Assembly (NCBI RefSeq): GCF_009914755.1 | Contig: NC_060947.1 | Direction: 5' to 3' (one strand) | Length of the DNA stretch: 64,000 nt | Source: the human T2T-CHM13v2.0 reference genome, Homo sapiens | In this document: positions 15,373 through 30,045 of the stretch, one piece after another | Numbering within the stretch: the stretch's first letter is position 1 | Layout of the letters: each line of letters starts with the position of its first letter | Made by a program: the position numbers and the translations under genes | The notes under the pieces: model-generated | What the model was told of the DNA's origin: nothing | Databases searched by the model: none | The model's input: the letters and a program-made list of their open reading frames with translations, nothing else

Positions 15373-17619
15373 ACATTCTCTTTATCAGTTCTTCTCTTCT
15401 GCATGGCATAAAGGAAGCAGCTGGACCTGAATGCCAAGTGGATTGATTCATTACTTGCATTAGTAAATAAGATGCTCCATCATTATGAGTGTGTTTCATT
15501 GAGTTGTGGAGATCTTTTGTTAAATTTTGCAATGCTGTGTCTTGCAGAAAAAATGAAAATGTTGGATTCCATTTTTTTTTTTTTTGCTTTCCATGAGTTT
15601 CCTGCACATCATAATGCAGGTAGGGTGAGGGGTATGGAGAGGGAGAACCCAGCCAGAAATGGAGCAAGGCATTTTGCAGAGGCTACTTCAAAGGAGAAAT
15701 TGACAATTACATGCATTCTCACGTTCTTCCTGCTTTTCACGTCCTCTCTAAATAAAAGTAGAGACTATAAATATATACCACCCATTTGTTTTTAGAGAGT
15801 GGTGTGATAAAGATTTATTTAAAACAACATAGGCTTTGCTGACAGTAACAGCTCAGCAAGAATTTTTTTTTTTCTTTTTGTATTGGTTCTATTCTTCCCA
15901 CAGCCCTTTACTCCAGGTTTCTATGCCAACGACTGAAATCAAAGGCTTTTCACAATGTGTATGTTCTGGAATACTAAGTAAATTTTGTTGTTGCTAAGAG
16001 GGAAACTTGGTTTTAGCCAGCAGGCCATGTAGAAAGCAGAGTTTGTCTTAATGCTTACCAGATATAACCCCTCACTTCTAATAGAATTTGACCCATGGCT
16101 TATAATAGAATTTCTTTTGGATATGCGACATTTCATTTTAAGTTTCTTTTAGTACCTTGTCCATACTAACTCACAGAAGATATTTCTTTTATCTTCAAAG
16201 AAAGATACATTTTCACTTTCAACCTCTCTCAGAAGGAAACTCAAGAAGCGGAAAGTGTGAAGTCTTTGTAGGGATGTTGCTTGTTGTATATTTGCCTCCT
16301 TTCTTTTAAACACCTAAATTCATCCCTCCTGATGCCATGCTATTAATATTGCCTTCCACCTGTAATGTACCTATACATGTTTTACCTCACTTGAGCTTCC
16401 CAATGGTCCTCAGAGTAAAAAGCATTATTTTTCCCAACTCAGAGAGCGTAGGAGCCAAAGTGTGGCTTTCCAGCTCTAAGCCCAGTGTTCTGTGGGTTAC
16501 ATCACCTTGTTTTTTATTCCAAAGTTAACTTGTGAACCCTTCTAATAAACTGCTCCAAGATATGACAAAATCACTTTATCCCAACAGGCTCTGAAGTTGT
16601 AAGATGCCCCTTTGGAAACAGGGACTCCTGTGGATATGGGGGTGGTCGTTCATGGGAGCTGTATGTGACACAGTTTATATTTCACAGTTCACAGTTCATA
16701 GTTCACAGTGGTTGTACATGGGAGCTGTATGTGGCACGGTGGCTTCTCTTCTCTTGCACCCTGAGCTGTAGTCTGAGAGGTCCTCTGGCCTTCAGTGAGC
16801 ACCTGGCAGCTAAACAGCCCCCAGTGTGTCCCAGTTAGGCTCAGCAGGCTGAAGACCACAGATGTATTCTATTATTTTGTTAAAATACTAAATCTGGAGG
16901 TCTAAGGCATGGTTTGAAATTGCTGGCTATATATTATTTTTGTTGAATGATCCATGTAAACTTATTATTCAAAGTATGGCCCAAGTATTGGCCAGTATTT
17001 TATGTTATACCATTATATCCTGCCTGATTTTAAAAATAACAAAAAAGGAAAGGATTTAAAGTGGTTCTTGATAAGTATTACAAATTTGGATAAGTCAGGG
17101 TAGAAGATAGAAAAACAAAACAAAACAAAAACACCAGTTAGGTAAGGATAGGCAAGTAGTTACAGGCCTGTGCTCATGATAAGAAATTCTGTTTTGATGA
17201 TAGAAATGAGGTAATACAGAAGGGATTGCTTTCTTCTCTCAATCACAATTCTGAGTAGGTTTTAAAAGCAGAGAGGCTAAAAATGTTTACATATTTTCAG
17301 TTTGATCTATCCAGTATCCAGTATAAGGATATATGAAGATAGCTGGTAAAAAATAGTTTTTAGTAACTTTCATTCTTTTTTCCCCCTCACTTTGGAAAGA
17401 CTTCATTTGCTGCTTGTGAGTTCCCAGAGAGCTTAATGGCAGAATTCCTCTTAAAGCTTTGCACTGTTTAGAGAGCTAGGTCAGCATTAGCCATCTCCTC
17501 TCAGAGGCTCCTTCTTCCTATAAACTCTCAGGATTACATCTCAGATTTGGTTTCAAAAATATAAAGTTCCTACTCAGTGACAACCCAATATATAGCAAAA
17601 TAAGTTAATTATTAGATTT

Positions 17620-17770
17620 TTTTCTTAAAAAATGGTAAAGTACACTAACATAAAATTTATCATCTTCACCAATTTTAGGTGTACAGTTAATTCAGTAGCA
17701 TTAAGTACATCCACATTGTTGTGCCACTGTCGCCACCATCCATCCAACAGAACCCCTCTCATCTTCCTTC
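17620..17770 (-). mobile_element. L1M (L1MA/MB-like) 3' end fragment
   Basis: ACATAAAATTTA.CATCTT.ACCA.TTTTA.GTGTACAGTT...GCATTAAGTACAT.CACATTGTTGTGC signature. Confidence 0.7.
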
Positions 17771-20134
17771 CATTCATTTCTAATAGGGACTAATTCACTA
17801 CAGGAATTGTTTCTAACCATTCATTGAGAAGTAACCTAGCATCACCCTCCCACTGGCAGCACAGAAAGGGGGTTAAGTCAGACACAAAGGATTTCTCTCA
17901 CACTCAGGCTGAGGGACTTTGTGATCACACATAATCATGTAGTGCCTCAGTATTTGGGTTAATGGCCAAAAGAACTTTGTGAATGGAATTAAACATTATA
18001 TGAGCAGCTTCCTCAAGAGAAATTGCTCTAGTCTCCATAATAACTGAACTCCTGGAGGTTCTGACCTTTCAGGTTAAAATGTAGTTGCCTCTCAGAGGTT
18101 AAAATCTCCTCCTTCTTCCTTGCTTTCTACTTCCTTCCTATTTCTTCTCAGCAACCCCTGTCCTCACCTCAGTGGCATGCACATTACTCCAATCAAAAGA
18201 CTCAATCATTGATCTTTAATTTTCAAACTTTTGCAAAGTAGCCTTCTAACAGTTGAAATCTTAAACAGCCTCTAACGTCCAATGAATCCCATATCTAGTC
18301 CATTCTGGGCACTTCCTGAAGAAGGGAAATTCAGTTGTCTCATGATCACATGTTGAGCCAGCTAGAAAACCTTTTCTGTCATTGCCTCATCCTGCTGCCT
18401 AATAGGATCGATGCTGCCATGTAACCCTCTGTATCACGTGCAGACTCAAACCTTTTTCATTTCTATGTCAAATTCAATGAACAGATACCTTTTGAAAACC
18501 TGCTGGGCCACAGAGTTTTAGTAAGTGACAGTTATTCCTACTTTAGAGATAAGAGAAAGTTATAATAATGAGAGTGGTTCAAGGTCCTACAGAAGTGAGA
18601 GAGAAAGAGGGACAGGCATAAAAGCCTAGTTAATTACTAACCTTTGCAAACACAGAGCTTCAAACTGAAAAGAGACAAATAATGATAATAATGTCAATAC
18701 CTGATATTTGACAGTCCAGTACTATTTTCATAACACTTCATTTTAGTTTTTGCTTTGTGTTTGGGTTTTATGTAACCAGAAGAAGAAAATTCTTGATGGA
18801 ATCACAGAAAACTTGAGAGTTAATTATAGTTCAGTGTAGTGAATGCTTTGATCCTGAAGGCTGTGAAACTGAATCGTTTTCATTCAGAAAATTTCTCATG
18901 TCAGGTTTTTCAAACAAAAAGAATGATTAGTAAACTATTCTATTACCTTTCATTCCCATAGCTCTCCTGTAATTTGTAAGACTCAAATGATACACACTGA
19001 ACCTTGGGCTGAGATTTAATTTTGTATATTTGCCAAAGTACACAGTAGCCTAGTTTCCATAGCCATATCTAGCAGATAAATGTCTCTGAAAAAAAAAATC
19101 AGGCTTCAGAGACAATGGGAGGAAATCACTGTGGCTCACACTTGCGGACCAGCAGTGGGTGACAAAAGTGGACCCTGGGACACAGACATGGGTGCAGTCA
19201 CTAATTGACATAATTATTTGAGCATCCACCAGTCGAGTAGTCCTGAGTATCTGTGACTTTTCCTAATCTGTAGATTAAAAAAAAAATACTATTCTGATGT
19301 TTAAATGCTGGGAAGATGGTGCTAAGAGTATAATGGCTCTTAGTTCATCCACCCTTTCATTCCATGCCATCACCCTATCTCTGCCATCATGGTTATAAAG
19401 CCATCACTGAAGTAACTTCATCTAGTAGTAGGGGGCAGGGCCACATCCTCCCAGACACTGTGATACACAAGGTGGATGCACTCACTTAACAGCTTAGCTG
19501 ACAAGAAGTTCTGCTTTGCCCTTTGCCCCTCTCTACCTGCTCTTATGTACTTTCTCACTGCACTGTCTTGTTACGAGGAGGACGGGCTAAGGGCAGAAAC
19601 TCAGCATGAAGCCCATGATGCACTTGCAATTTTAGCTAGATATACAAGCAATTTCCTTCCTTTCTCCTCGTTGTTGTGGAATGATGTGCCCTTTTGTCCA
19701 GAAGGGATACAAATGACATTGTATTCCCATGTGTAACATTTGGAAAATAAACATTCTGGTTGTCACAGCTTCTATTTCATCGCATATTTTCCTGTGTTAT
19801 GTCATACTTCTGCCAGTGCAAGCCAGAATGTGAAGAATGCCTAGGGGAATATTTCTCAAGTGTTTTCTAAGCAACATTAATCTTAAAAATACTTTGCAAA
19901 AACAGGGCATTTGGTGGTCAGATAAACTTTGGAAGTGCTCCATATCCTATCCCTGTCTTTGATAGTCAAGATGCCCATTAACAAATTAGGAGTCCTAGGA
20001 AGCCTGGCAATAAAAAAAGACTATTGAACACAAACCAGGATTTCCCAGACTTATGACCATGGAAACTATTTTCATATAACACCTATAAAGATCAGAGTAA
20101 GAGATGCTATCACAGGAAGTGTTTTTAGAGATTT

Positions 20135-22467
20135 AGGTTCACAAATTACCAAAACTACTCGGGAATAAATAGAAAATTGAATAGACCTATAATAAGGAAA
20201 GAGATTGAATTAGTAATTTAAAATCTCCCACAGAAACAAACCCAGACACAAATGGCTTTACTGGTAAATTTTACCAAAAGTTTAAAGAAGAATTAATACC
20301 AATTCTTTATAAACTCTTCCAAAAAAATACAAGAGGAGGAAAGATTTCTCAATTCATCCTATGAGGCCAGTATTATCCCGAATAACAAAACCAAAGACAT
20401 CACAAGAAAACTACAAACCAATATCCCTATATAGAGATGCAAAAATCTTCAAGAAAATACTAGCAAACTGAATCTAGCAATATATTAAAAGGTTTATACA
20501 CCATGACTAAGTAGGATTTATTCCAGGAATGAAAGGTTAGTTTAATATACAAAAATCCAATAATGTAATGCACCACCATATTAATAGGATGAAGGACCAA
20601 TAGCACGTGATCATCTCAATAGACGGAGCAGAAACATTTGACAAAATTCAACATCCTTTTATGATAAAACCACTAGAAAAACTAAGAATAGAGGAGAACT
20701 TCCTCAACCTAATAAAGGCCATCTACAAAAAACCCACAGCTACCATAATACTCAATGGTAAAAGATTGAAAGCTTTCCTTCTAAAATCAGGAGCAAGACA
20801 AAGATATTTACTCTGGCCACTTGTATTTAACATTGTACTAGGGATTTTAGCCAGGGCACTTAGGCAAGAAATAAAAAAAAAAAGAAAAATTGTATTTGCA
20901 GATGATGTGATCTTGTATATAGAAAATCCTGATACTGACTAAAACAATTCATAGAACTGTTAAACAAGTTCATCGAGGTTGCAGGATACAAGATCAATAT
21001 TCAAAAATAAATTTTATTTCTAATACAGTAGCAATGAACAATCTGAAATGAAATTAAGAAAACAACTTCACTTAAAATAGCATCAAAAAACAATAAAATA
21101 CTTAGCAATAAATTTAACCAAAGAAGTGCAAGACTTATATACCTAAAGCTACAAAATAACATTGAAATAAATTAAAGATGTAAATAAATGGAGGCATCCT
21201 GTGTTCATGGACTTAATATTGTTAGGGTGACAATACTTCCCAAATTGAACTACGTTTTTAACACAATCCCTTTCAAGATCCTAGCTGACAGTTTTTGCAG
21301 AAATTGGGAGATTGATCCTAAAATGTATATGTAAATGTGAGAGACCCATAATAGCCAAAGCAGTTTTAAAAGAGAAGAACAAATTTGAAGGACCCACACT
21401 TCCTGATTTCAAAAATTACTATGAAGCTAGTGTGCTAAAACAATGTGTACTTGTATAAAAACAATGTGTACTTCTATAAGGATAAACATATAGGTAAATG
21501 GAGTAGAACTGTGATTTCAGAAATAAACCCTTAAATTTATGCCCAATTGATTTTTGTCAAGGGTAGCAAGACAACTCAGTGCAAAAAGTAAAATAAGTTA
21601 TTTCAACAAATGTTGTTGGAACGACTGGATATCCACATGCAAAAGAATGAAGCTGGACTTCTTCTCACACTATACACAAACATTAACTCATTTTAGACCT
21701 AACTATAAGAGCTAAAAATATAAAACTCCTGGAAGAAAAAATAATAAATCTCTGTGAGTTAGGCAGTGATTTATTTGATGATACTGAAAGCACAAGCAAC
21801 AGAAGAAAAAATAGATAAATTGGTCTTCATCAAAAAAAGTTTTTGAAGTGTTGTCATTTGTATACCATCAAGAAACTGAAAAGACAATCCATAGAATGGG
21901 AGAAAATATTTGCAAATCATATATCTGATAAAGGACTTGTATTCCGAACATATAAAGAACTCTAACAACTCAATAATAAAAAGACAAACAACCCAATTCA
22001 AAAATGGACAAAGGACTTGAATAGATACTTTGCCAAAAAAAAGATATGCACATGATCAATAAGCATCTGAAAAGATGATCAATGTTATTAGTTATTAGGG
22101 AAATGCAAGTCAAAACCACAATGAGATATCCCTTCACACCCAACAGGATGGCTGTAATAAAAAAGGCAGACATTAATAAGTGTTGTGCAGGATGGGGCGA
22201 CATTGGAAACCTCACCCATTGCTGGTAGAAATGTAAAATGGTGCAGCCACTTTGGAAAATAGTTTGGCAGTTCTTCAAAATGCAGTGTCAGAGAAAGAAG
22301 AGTGACTACTAATAATTAAGGGCTTCTTCTCAGGGTAAAGAAAATGTTCTAAAATGAGATGTGATGATGGTTGCATGCTCTGTGAATATACCAAAGACCA
22401 TTGAATTGTACACTATAAATGGATGAATTATAGGATATGTGAATGATATGTTAATAAAGCTGTTAAA
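20135..22467 (+). mobile_element. L1MB-like LINE, 5'-truncated: ORF2 RT/C-terminal remnant plus 3' terminus
   Basis: ORF 20607..20942 ([15 protein letters not shown]...FADD) is L1 RT; 3' end GAAAATGTTCTAAAAT...GATGGTTGCA...TTGAATTGTACACT...AATAAAGCTGTTAAA; multiple frameshifts. Confidence 0.9.
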
Positions 22468-22711
22468 TAGCTATTTGTCCTCACAATGTGATATTTTCAT
22501 CTTTTTTCACACTTCCTGTTTCTCCTGAGTTAATGGCATCTGTGAAAGAGGAAAACTATTTTTTTAAAAAACTCTGTCAATTATCTTTAATTACACAAAA
22601 GCCGCCAGAAGAACTCATTATTGTTTCTATCTTAACTGTTTTGTTTGTAATTTCTGTATATAACTAGAATCCCTTGGAGAAGATGACATAAATTTCTTTT
22701 AAAACCCTTCA

Positions 22712-23035
<324 letters not shown>

Positions 23036-24879
23036 CAAATAAAACCCTTCATTATTGATGGTATGGCATCATTTATATCTGAGTTTAATGGTTCTATTTT
23101 TCCAGAGATAGGACTACACAATTCAGGCGCCCATTGCATTGGTAGCTGTACAAGTCTTGAGACAGAGGCTGAGAATATGAAGTGTCAGGTCATAAGCAAA
23201 CACATAGGAATGTGCTGCCAGCCCTTGAAATGGTGTGAGAGGTTATAGATAATTTGGTATTCATAAACATGGAGCAGAGGCATGAAAAATGTAAACCATA
23301 AGACTGTGCCAATATAATAACAAATTTGAGGGTGGATGAGTTCCCCAGGGAAATGGGAAAGGGGTGGGCAGAAGGAAAGGAAAAGGCTAAGGATCAGACT
23401 CTGGGGGATTCAGTGGATCATAGAAGGAGGGGTCTTGGGGAACTAGGCTGAGGCTTGGGACAACTAGCACTATCTGATGGGGTGGTGTCAGATGCAGCCA
23501 AGTGCTAATGGGATGGATACATCCCTTCATATCTGGCTAAAAGGAGCTCATTGGTGACCATAGAGAAAAGGGCATCCACGGACTTTTGAGGATACAAGTC
23601 AGATTTTAGAAAACAGAAGGATATGAAGGCAATGGGGGCATCATTTGAGTGGGACTGTTAAAAGAATGCAAAGAGGATGACAAATGAAAAGGACAGACGT
23701 CTCCATGTAGGGTATGAAGGCTTTTTCTAGATAGAGTGAAGCTATGTATGTTTGAAGAGAGCTTGGATACCTGCATTTGGAAAGAGGAAGATAATGCTTT
23801 TGTAAACTATTAATACAACACAAAACTACCATCCTATTTAATGGGTCTCTTCTTAGATGATTTTAAAATTTAAAGCATTGTTATAAACTATAGAAAAGAA
23901 ATCATCAAAAGATTCATCTTACAGGCTTTGTCACAAAACAATGGGACTAGAAGGGTCTCAAGGTATTCATATAAGCTGTACAGGCATGTTTCTAAATTAA
24001 TCTGGAAGATAACTCTTTTATTTTCCAGATGATTAAAGAAGGCTATTTGGCAGCTTCCCCAGTGACTTATGATACTCTAATAACACTCACTTCCTTTTGC
24101 TTAACTCAAATATAAAAGTACAGAGAGATCAAACTCTCCAACGTGCCAATCAGGAAATGCTATTTTGCTTACTATAAACTTAGCTTATCTTATAGGACCA
24201 ACAATAAAGAATTATGTGGGAGCCATAAACTGCCATCTCCTGGCAATAGTCTCCTGTTATTGTGAACATTAGTAGATTGAAGATGTAGTTTCTCAAAGTC
24301 ACTTAAGTGTTTTGGGGCACGGTTCCAGGGACATTGCGTTCTGCTTGACATAAACAATTTCTGCTGTATCAAAGACACTGCCCTTTAGAGATTAAAGGCC
24401 ACTTTGGAAAACTAGTAAGCTTTCAGAGTGTAGGTACAAAATGAACTTGACCATTACACTAGATTTTTCTCCTTTAATTTTAAAGAGCAGTAATCATTTG
24501 GAAGTATTCCCAGAGCCCCTGCTTCACCCTCTTAGGTCATGAAGGCATTCCTTACTGAGAAGTGGCTTAGTATTGAGAAACTGCTGACACCTTGGTGAGA
24601 ATACTATAGAACCACATTTTGGAGACTGAGAGGGTCCACACTGTCAGGCAGTTCTCACTCAGCCAAAAGACATCTTCCAGGCCCCCCTACTGCACTACTT
24701 TAGGGATTCACACATGCAAAAGTGTTCCCCACATATGTGCATTTCTTTTTAGCAGGTTTGGGTTTTCTGTGAAACGAGAACAGAGAAGCCAGAAACTGAT
24801 AGGGGTGAAACTAATTGATGAAATCCTTTATCAACAGCAAAGAAGTTTATGTTATGGGCCTTTATGGTCTTCTTGTTGT

Positions 24880-25372
<493 letters not shown>

Positions 25373-25590
25373 TCTTCTTTTAAAATATTCCGTGGCTCCC
25401 ATTTCTAAAATGATTGCCAGGCCAGATTTTCCTCTTTCCTTGAACTCTTTACTTCTCCTGCCACCACTGTTTATCAAGGCTCAGATCAAGGGGTCTTTGG
25501 ACCTTGTGTGAAATCATACTCAAGTTGGCATCTTTCTGTGAAGAACTTCGTTAGGAATGTGGGACACATTTTGTTGAGTTATATTTATAA

Positions 25591-25851
<261 letters not shown>

Positions 25852-26299
25852 TAGATTTTTCCAGATTTCAGTTAAAGGAGGAATTATAACAAGGACCAGC
25901 TGCTCTGAGGCTGCCCCTGAGCTATTACTTAACCTCAGCCCCTCTCTTCTCCATAGCTATTTTTGTTTTCTATGTAAAATGTCTTTGCCCATTTCTCTCA
26001 GAGTATGTATTAGCATTTTCCAAAGCTGTTTATGTTCCCTCAGTGGTCGTCTTCCACCCCTGAAGCTTCTTAAGTCTCTATTTTTACTCCTTAGAAACAG
26101 AAAAGGTACATGTGGAAGATTTCTAAGTTTCACATTTCAAAGTTCTCTTTCTTTTGGGAAAGAAAAAGTTGGAAGTTTAAAAATGCCTCTAGAACAAACC
26201 TATCTCCACATTCCATCAACTGTATAGGAGGCAGGAAAGCATGTTTTATGAGCAAAGGCTTTGGGAGCAGGAAATTTCCATTCTATGATGTACTAGCTA

Positions 26300-26470
26300 C
26301 TGCCGCTGGGCTTTAGTTTCCTTATTTATAAAATGGAAATATCAATAGCGCTTGCCTTCACAGGGTTGGAGTGAGCATTGCACGAGATAATGCATATGAA
26401 GGGCTTTAGCCAGTGTCAGGCATAGAGAAGGATCTCAATAAATGTTAGTGATGATGGTGGTGATGATGAT
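26300..26470 (+). mobile_element. MIR SINE
   Basis: AGTTTCCTTATTTATAAAATGG..AT.ATA...CACAGGGTTG..GTGAG.ATT...GAGATAATGCAT.T.AAG.GC core. Confidence 0.75.
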
Positions 26471-28087
26471 AAAGGATTTGGAGTCTCAAAAAGTTGTATT
26501 GCAGCGTTACAACATAACATTTTCAGATAAGAAACGAGATCACATATTCTGCCAAGGTTATTTGAATTTGCTATGTGGAAGGGAAAATTACTTCTCTGTC
26601 ACTTAATGGCTGCCATATATTCTTACTCAGTTAGGAGGTGTGCTTACACGTGTTTGTGATGTCTTGTGTCCTTGCCCTGATGGTCAGAAGTTTTGTTTTA
26701 GCCCTTTAAAAAATCCAATACAGCTTTCAGTATTCTGCAGTGCATGCAGTAGACTTTCTACAAGTAAATGTTTTAATTAAAAAAATCAAATTATCATGCA
26801 AATTATACTGGTAGAAAAGATTTTGGCCTTATGAACATTTACAAGGCATTGATTTTTAAAGTAAAATAAATTAGCAAATAAGGCCTTATAAACTACCTAT
26901 TTCTGGTCTATTTCCTAGGGACTCACCTCTACTCACCATTGCTTCTCTTAGCACTTTGGCTGTTACACAATGAAATGAAGTTAATGGTTTCTAATAATGA
27001 ATGAGCCATCTTCATATTAGAGGTCTTGGTACCAAGCAATAGAAACCAACTCAGGCTAACAAGAGGGAATGTACTGAAAGGAAATGAGAGGACCTACAGA
27101 ACTGATGTGAGGCTGGAGGACCACACTTGAGGATGAGCAAAGAGCATGAGAGCTCTGGCAAGTTAGGGGCAGGAACCATAGCCATAGTCTTTGTAGCAGG
27201 AAGCATCTGCTCAGCACTTGGCCATGGGGAAAGAAAACCCACAGTCTACTTTCTTCTCTATGTGGGTGACCCACTCCATGGTCAGAGTCCTCTGAGAGTG
27301 TATGACTGGCCAAGCTCAGATAACAGGCTCACAGCCAGGCTATACCAGGAGCTGGGGGTAGGGGTGTAGAGATAAAAAAAAAAAATCTATCATTTTCTGT
27401 AATGGGAGCTGGTAGCTGGGACCATCCTGCCTACACAGCTATACAGAAAAGAAGAGAGACAATTTCCCAGAAAGAAACCAGGATACTACCAGGAAAGGGG
27501 AATGGATGCTCGGCAGGCCCACAGTGGCAAGTGCCTGATATTCCACACTGCTAATAATCTGATTCTTTACATCAGGCATAGTCTGTAGTCTAGCCAGTCT
27601 TTATTAAGCCTTTGTAGACTTTAAAACACAGTATAAGACATTCCACTTTGCTATTCTTGTCCTATATGTGGTCTAAAGACAGTCCTCCACGTCATCATCC
27701 TGCTCTCGTCTAAGTGGGAACAGCTTTCTCAAGAGATTAGATGGGAATTCAGGAGTTGAGAATATTGTAGCACCAGTATTAGATACTAGGATGTGCTACC
27801 TTTATTTATGCATAATTTCCAAATAAATAGAAATAAATTTAAAGCTATTATTTACTGTAAATTAAAACCAGCCAACACAGCACCAGGGAGATTCTGCACA
27901 TTTTATTAAATTGGGGCCTGTATAGGTATAATGTATTCAGTTGCCATCAAAGGTAATGTTTCTGACACAGTAGAGGGTCTGGTTACTTTGCAAGTCTTAG
28001 GTTGGTTGCTTTTTTGTTGTTTTAGAACACCATTCAAATTTAAGATATTACTCTTTTTGATTGATTCTGTTTGCTTTTATGTTCTAG

Positions 28088-28228
<141 letters not shown>

Positions 28229-28920
28229 TGAAATAACAATGGCAACTGTTTAATATCCTTCCATAGTGCAGGGAACATTGCTCTGGACACCAATGCATAT
28301 CATTTCCCATGTACCCAAACTGCAAAGTTGGTCGTATTTCCACTTCACAAATGGAAAAATGAGTGCCCAGAGATTATGTAATTTACTCAAGACCTCATAG
28401 CAAGGGAACCAGCATACCAACCCACTCTCTTATACAAATGCCTGTGTGCCTTCAACTCTATGCTACTGAGCATTTATATGACATATTTTTGCCAAGTATC
28501 TCTACTTACAGTTGTCTGTCTGTCTGTAATGCCATTTTAGATAGTAAAGGAGAGAAGGACTTGCTGCCCCAAAGCTTCTTTACTTAGTCTTAGGCTCTGT
28601 AATATCAATTTGGGACATAAAATGGTTATTAGCTTTCAATAACAATGATGATGATAATTGTCATCATTATAATAATTACATATAAATTTGTACATAGACA
28701 TATATAATATTATCACTACTATTATTGTTTTGGCAATGGCATTAGGACACAGAATCCAAAGAACTCTACCCCACTCCCTGTCTCTATATAGAATTCTATG
28801 CCAATCACACATTTCAACACAGAGACCAAGAGACCCATTTTCAGAGGTTTTCATGAGGGCCTTCCCGAGAAGAGGTGGCAGTTACCATCAAACCTGAGAG
28901 GGGACTTCCTTTCTCTACAG

Positions 28921-29012
28921 ATTCCAACTGATGCACCCTGGGAGGCTCAACATGCTGACAAATGGGACAAAATGACCATGAAAGAGCTCATTGACAAAAT
29001 CTGCTGGACAAA
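28921..29012 (+). CDS. MAOA: MAOA exon 5 (92 nt), [30 protein letters not shown](K)
   Basis: ctctacag|ATT acceptor, CAAA|gtaagt donor; peptide is visible in ORF 28798..29016. Confidence 0.97.
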
Positions 29013-29330
29013 GTAAGTAGACTTGACCATTCAAAATTTACTTTTTATCTTCCCTTCTCGTCTTTTATATCTTGCCTTGAACTGCAGTGCTTTTCTTAAC
29101 AACTTACAGAAAAAAAGAGGAAACCTAGTAATCTTTCAGTCAATAGCAATGTTGAGGGCACCTCAAAGTAGGTTAGAACAGAAAATGAATCTAAAAATTA
29201 AGAAAAGTGGGTGAATGAAGTAGAACTTCTTTTAATGAAAGCATTGTGTGATCTGCAATAAAATCAATAATTGTGTTTTCATATTATTGAAAGGTTGCCT
29301 ACAAAAGCAGTTTGAAAAGATATTTTTTAA

Positions 29331-29703
29331 AAATGTGGTACATTTACACCATGGAATACTATGCAGCCATAAAAAAGAATGAAATCATGTCCTTTTCAGG
29401 GACATGGATGAAGCTGGAAGCCATCATTCTCAGCAAACTAACACAGGAACAGAAAACCAAACATCGCATGTTCTCACTCATAAGTGGGAATTGAACATTA
29501 AGAAGACATGGATGCAGGGAGGGGAACAACACACACTGGAGCCTGTCAGGTGGTGGGAGGAGGGAGAGCATCACGATAGATAACTAATGCATGTGGGTCT
29601 TAATACCTAGGTGATGGGTTGATGGGTGCAGCAAACCACTATGGCACATGTTTACCTATCTAATAAACCTGCACATGTACTCCGGAATTTAAAATAAAAT
29701 AAA
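29331..29703 (+). mobile_element. L1PA 3' end fragment (older primate subfamily)
   Basis: ORF 29312..29494 matches the ORF2 C-terminus (MWYIYTMEYYAAIKK); L1 3' UTR and A-rich tail. Confidence 0.92.
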
Positions 29704-29789
29704 ATGGTAATCCCATATAGATGTGGAATACTAGGAAATGAGAGGAAAGCTAGTCTGTAGTAATAAAAATGTTCAATTAGACCATGTCT

Positions 29790-30045
29790 TATTAGTTTAT
29801 GTGGGGCTTACTATGTGAAGGCACCATACCAGGCACTGAGGAATGGGGGTGAACTTCTTAGGAATAGCCCCTACCCTCATGGAGTTTATGTTTTTCTAGC
29901 AGGCAAGACTGACCTTGAGCACAATTACATAATGCTAGGAGAGTTCCTGTAACAGGGAGAACCTTACATGGTCTGAGGGTACAGGAAGCATTCTTTGATG
30001 AAGCAATCTTTAACCTGAAACTAAGGAGTTAGTGCATCAACTAAG
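29790..30045 (-). mobile_element. L2 element, left piece (interrupted by the tandem array)
   Basis: CTTACTATGTG..GGCAC..TACCAGGCACTG.GGA...GTGAAC...CCCT.CCCTCATGGAG.TTA...TTCTAG resembles the reverse L2 3' end. Confidence 0.65.
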
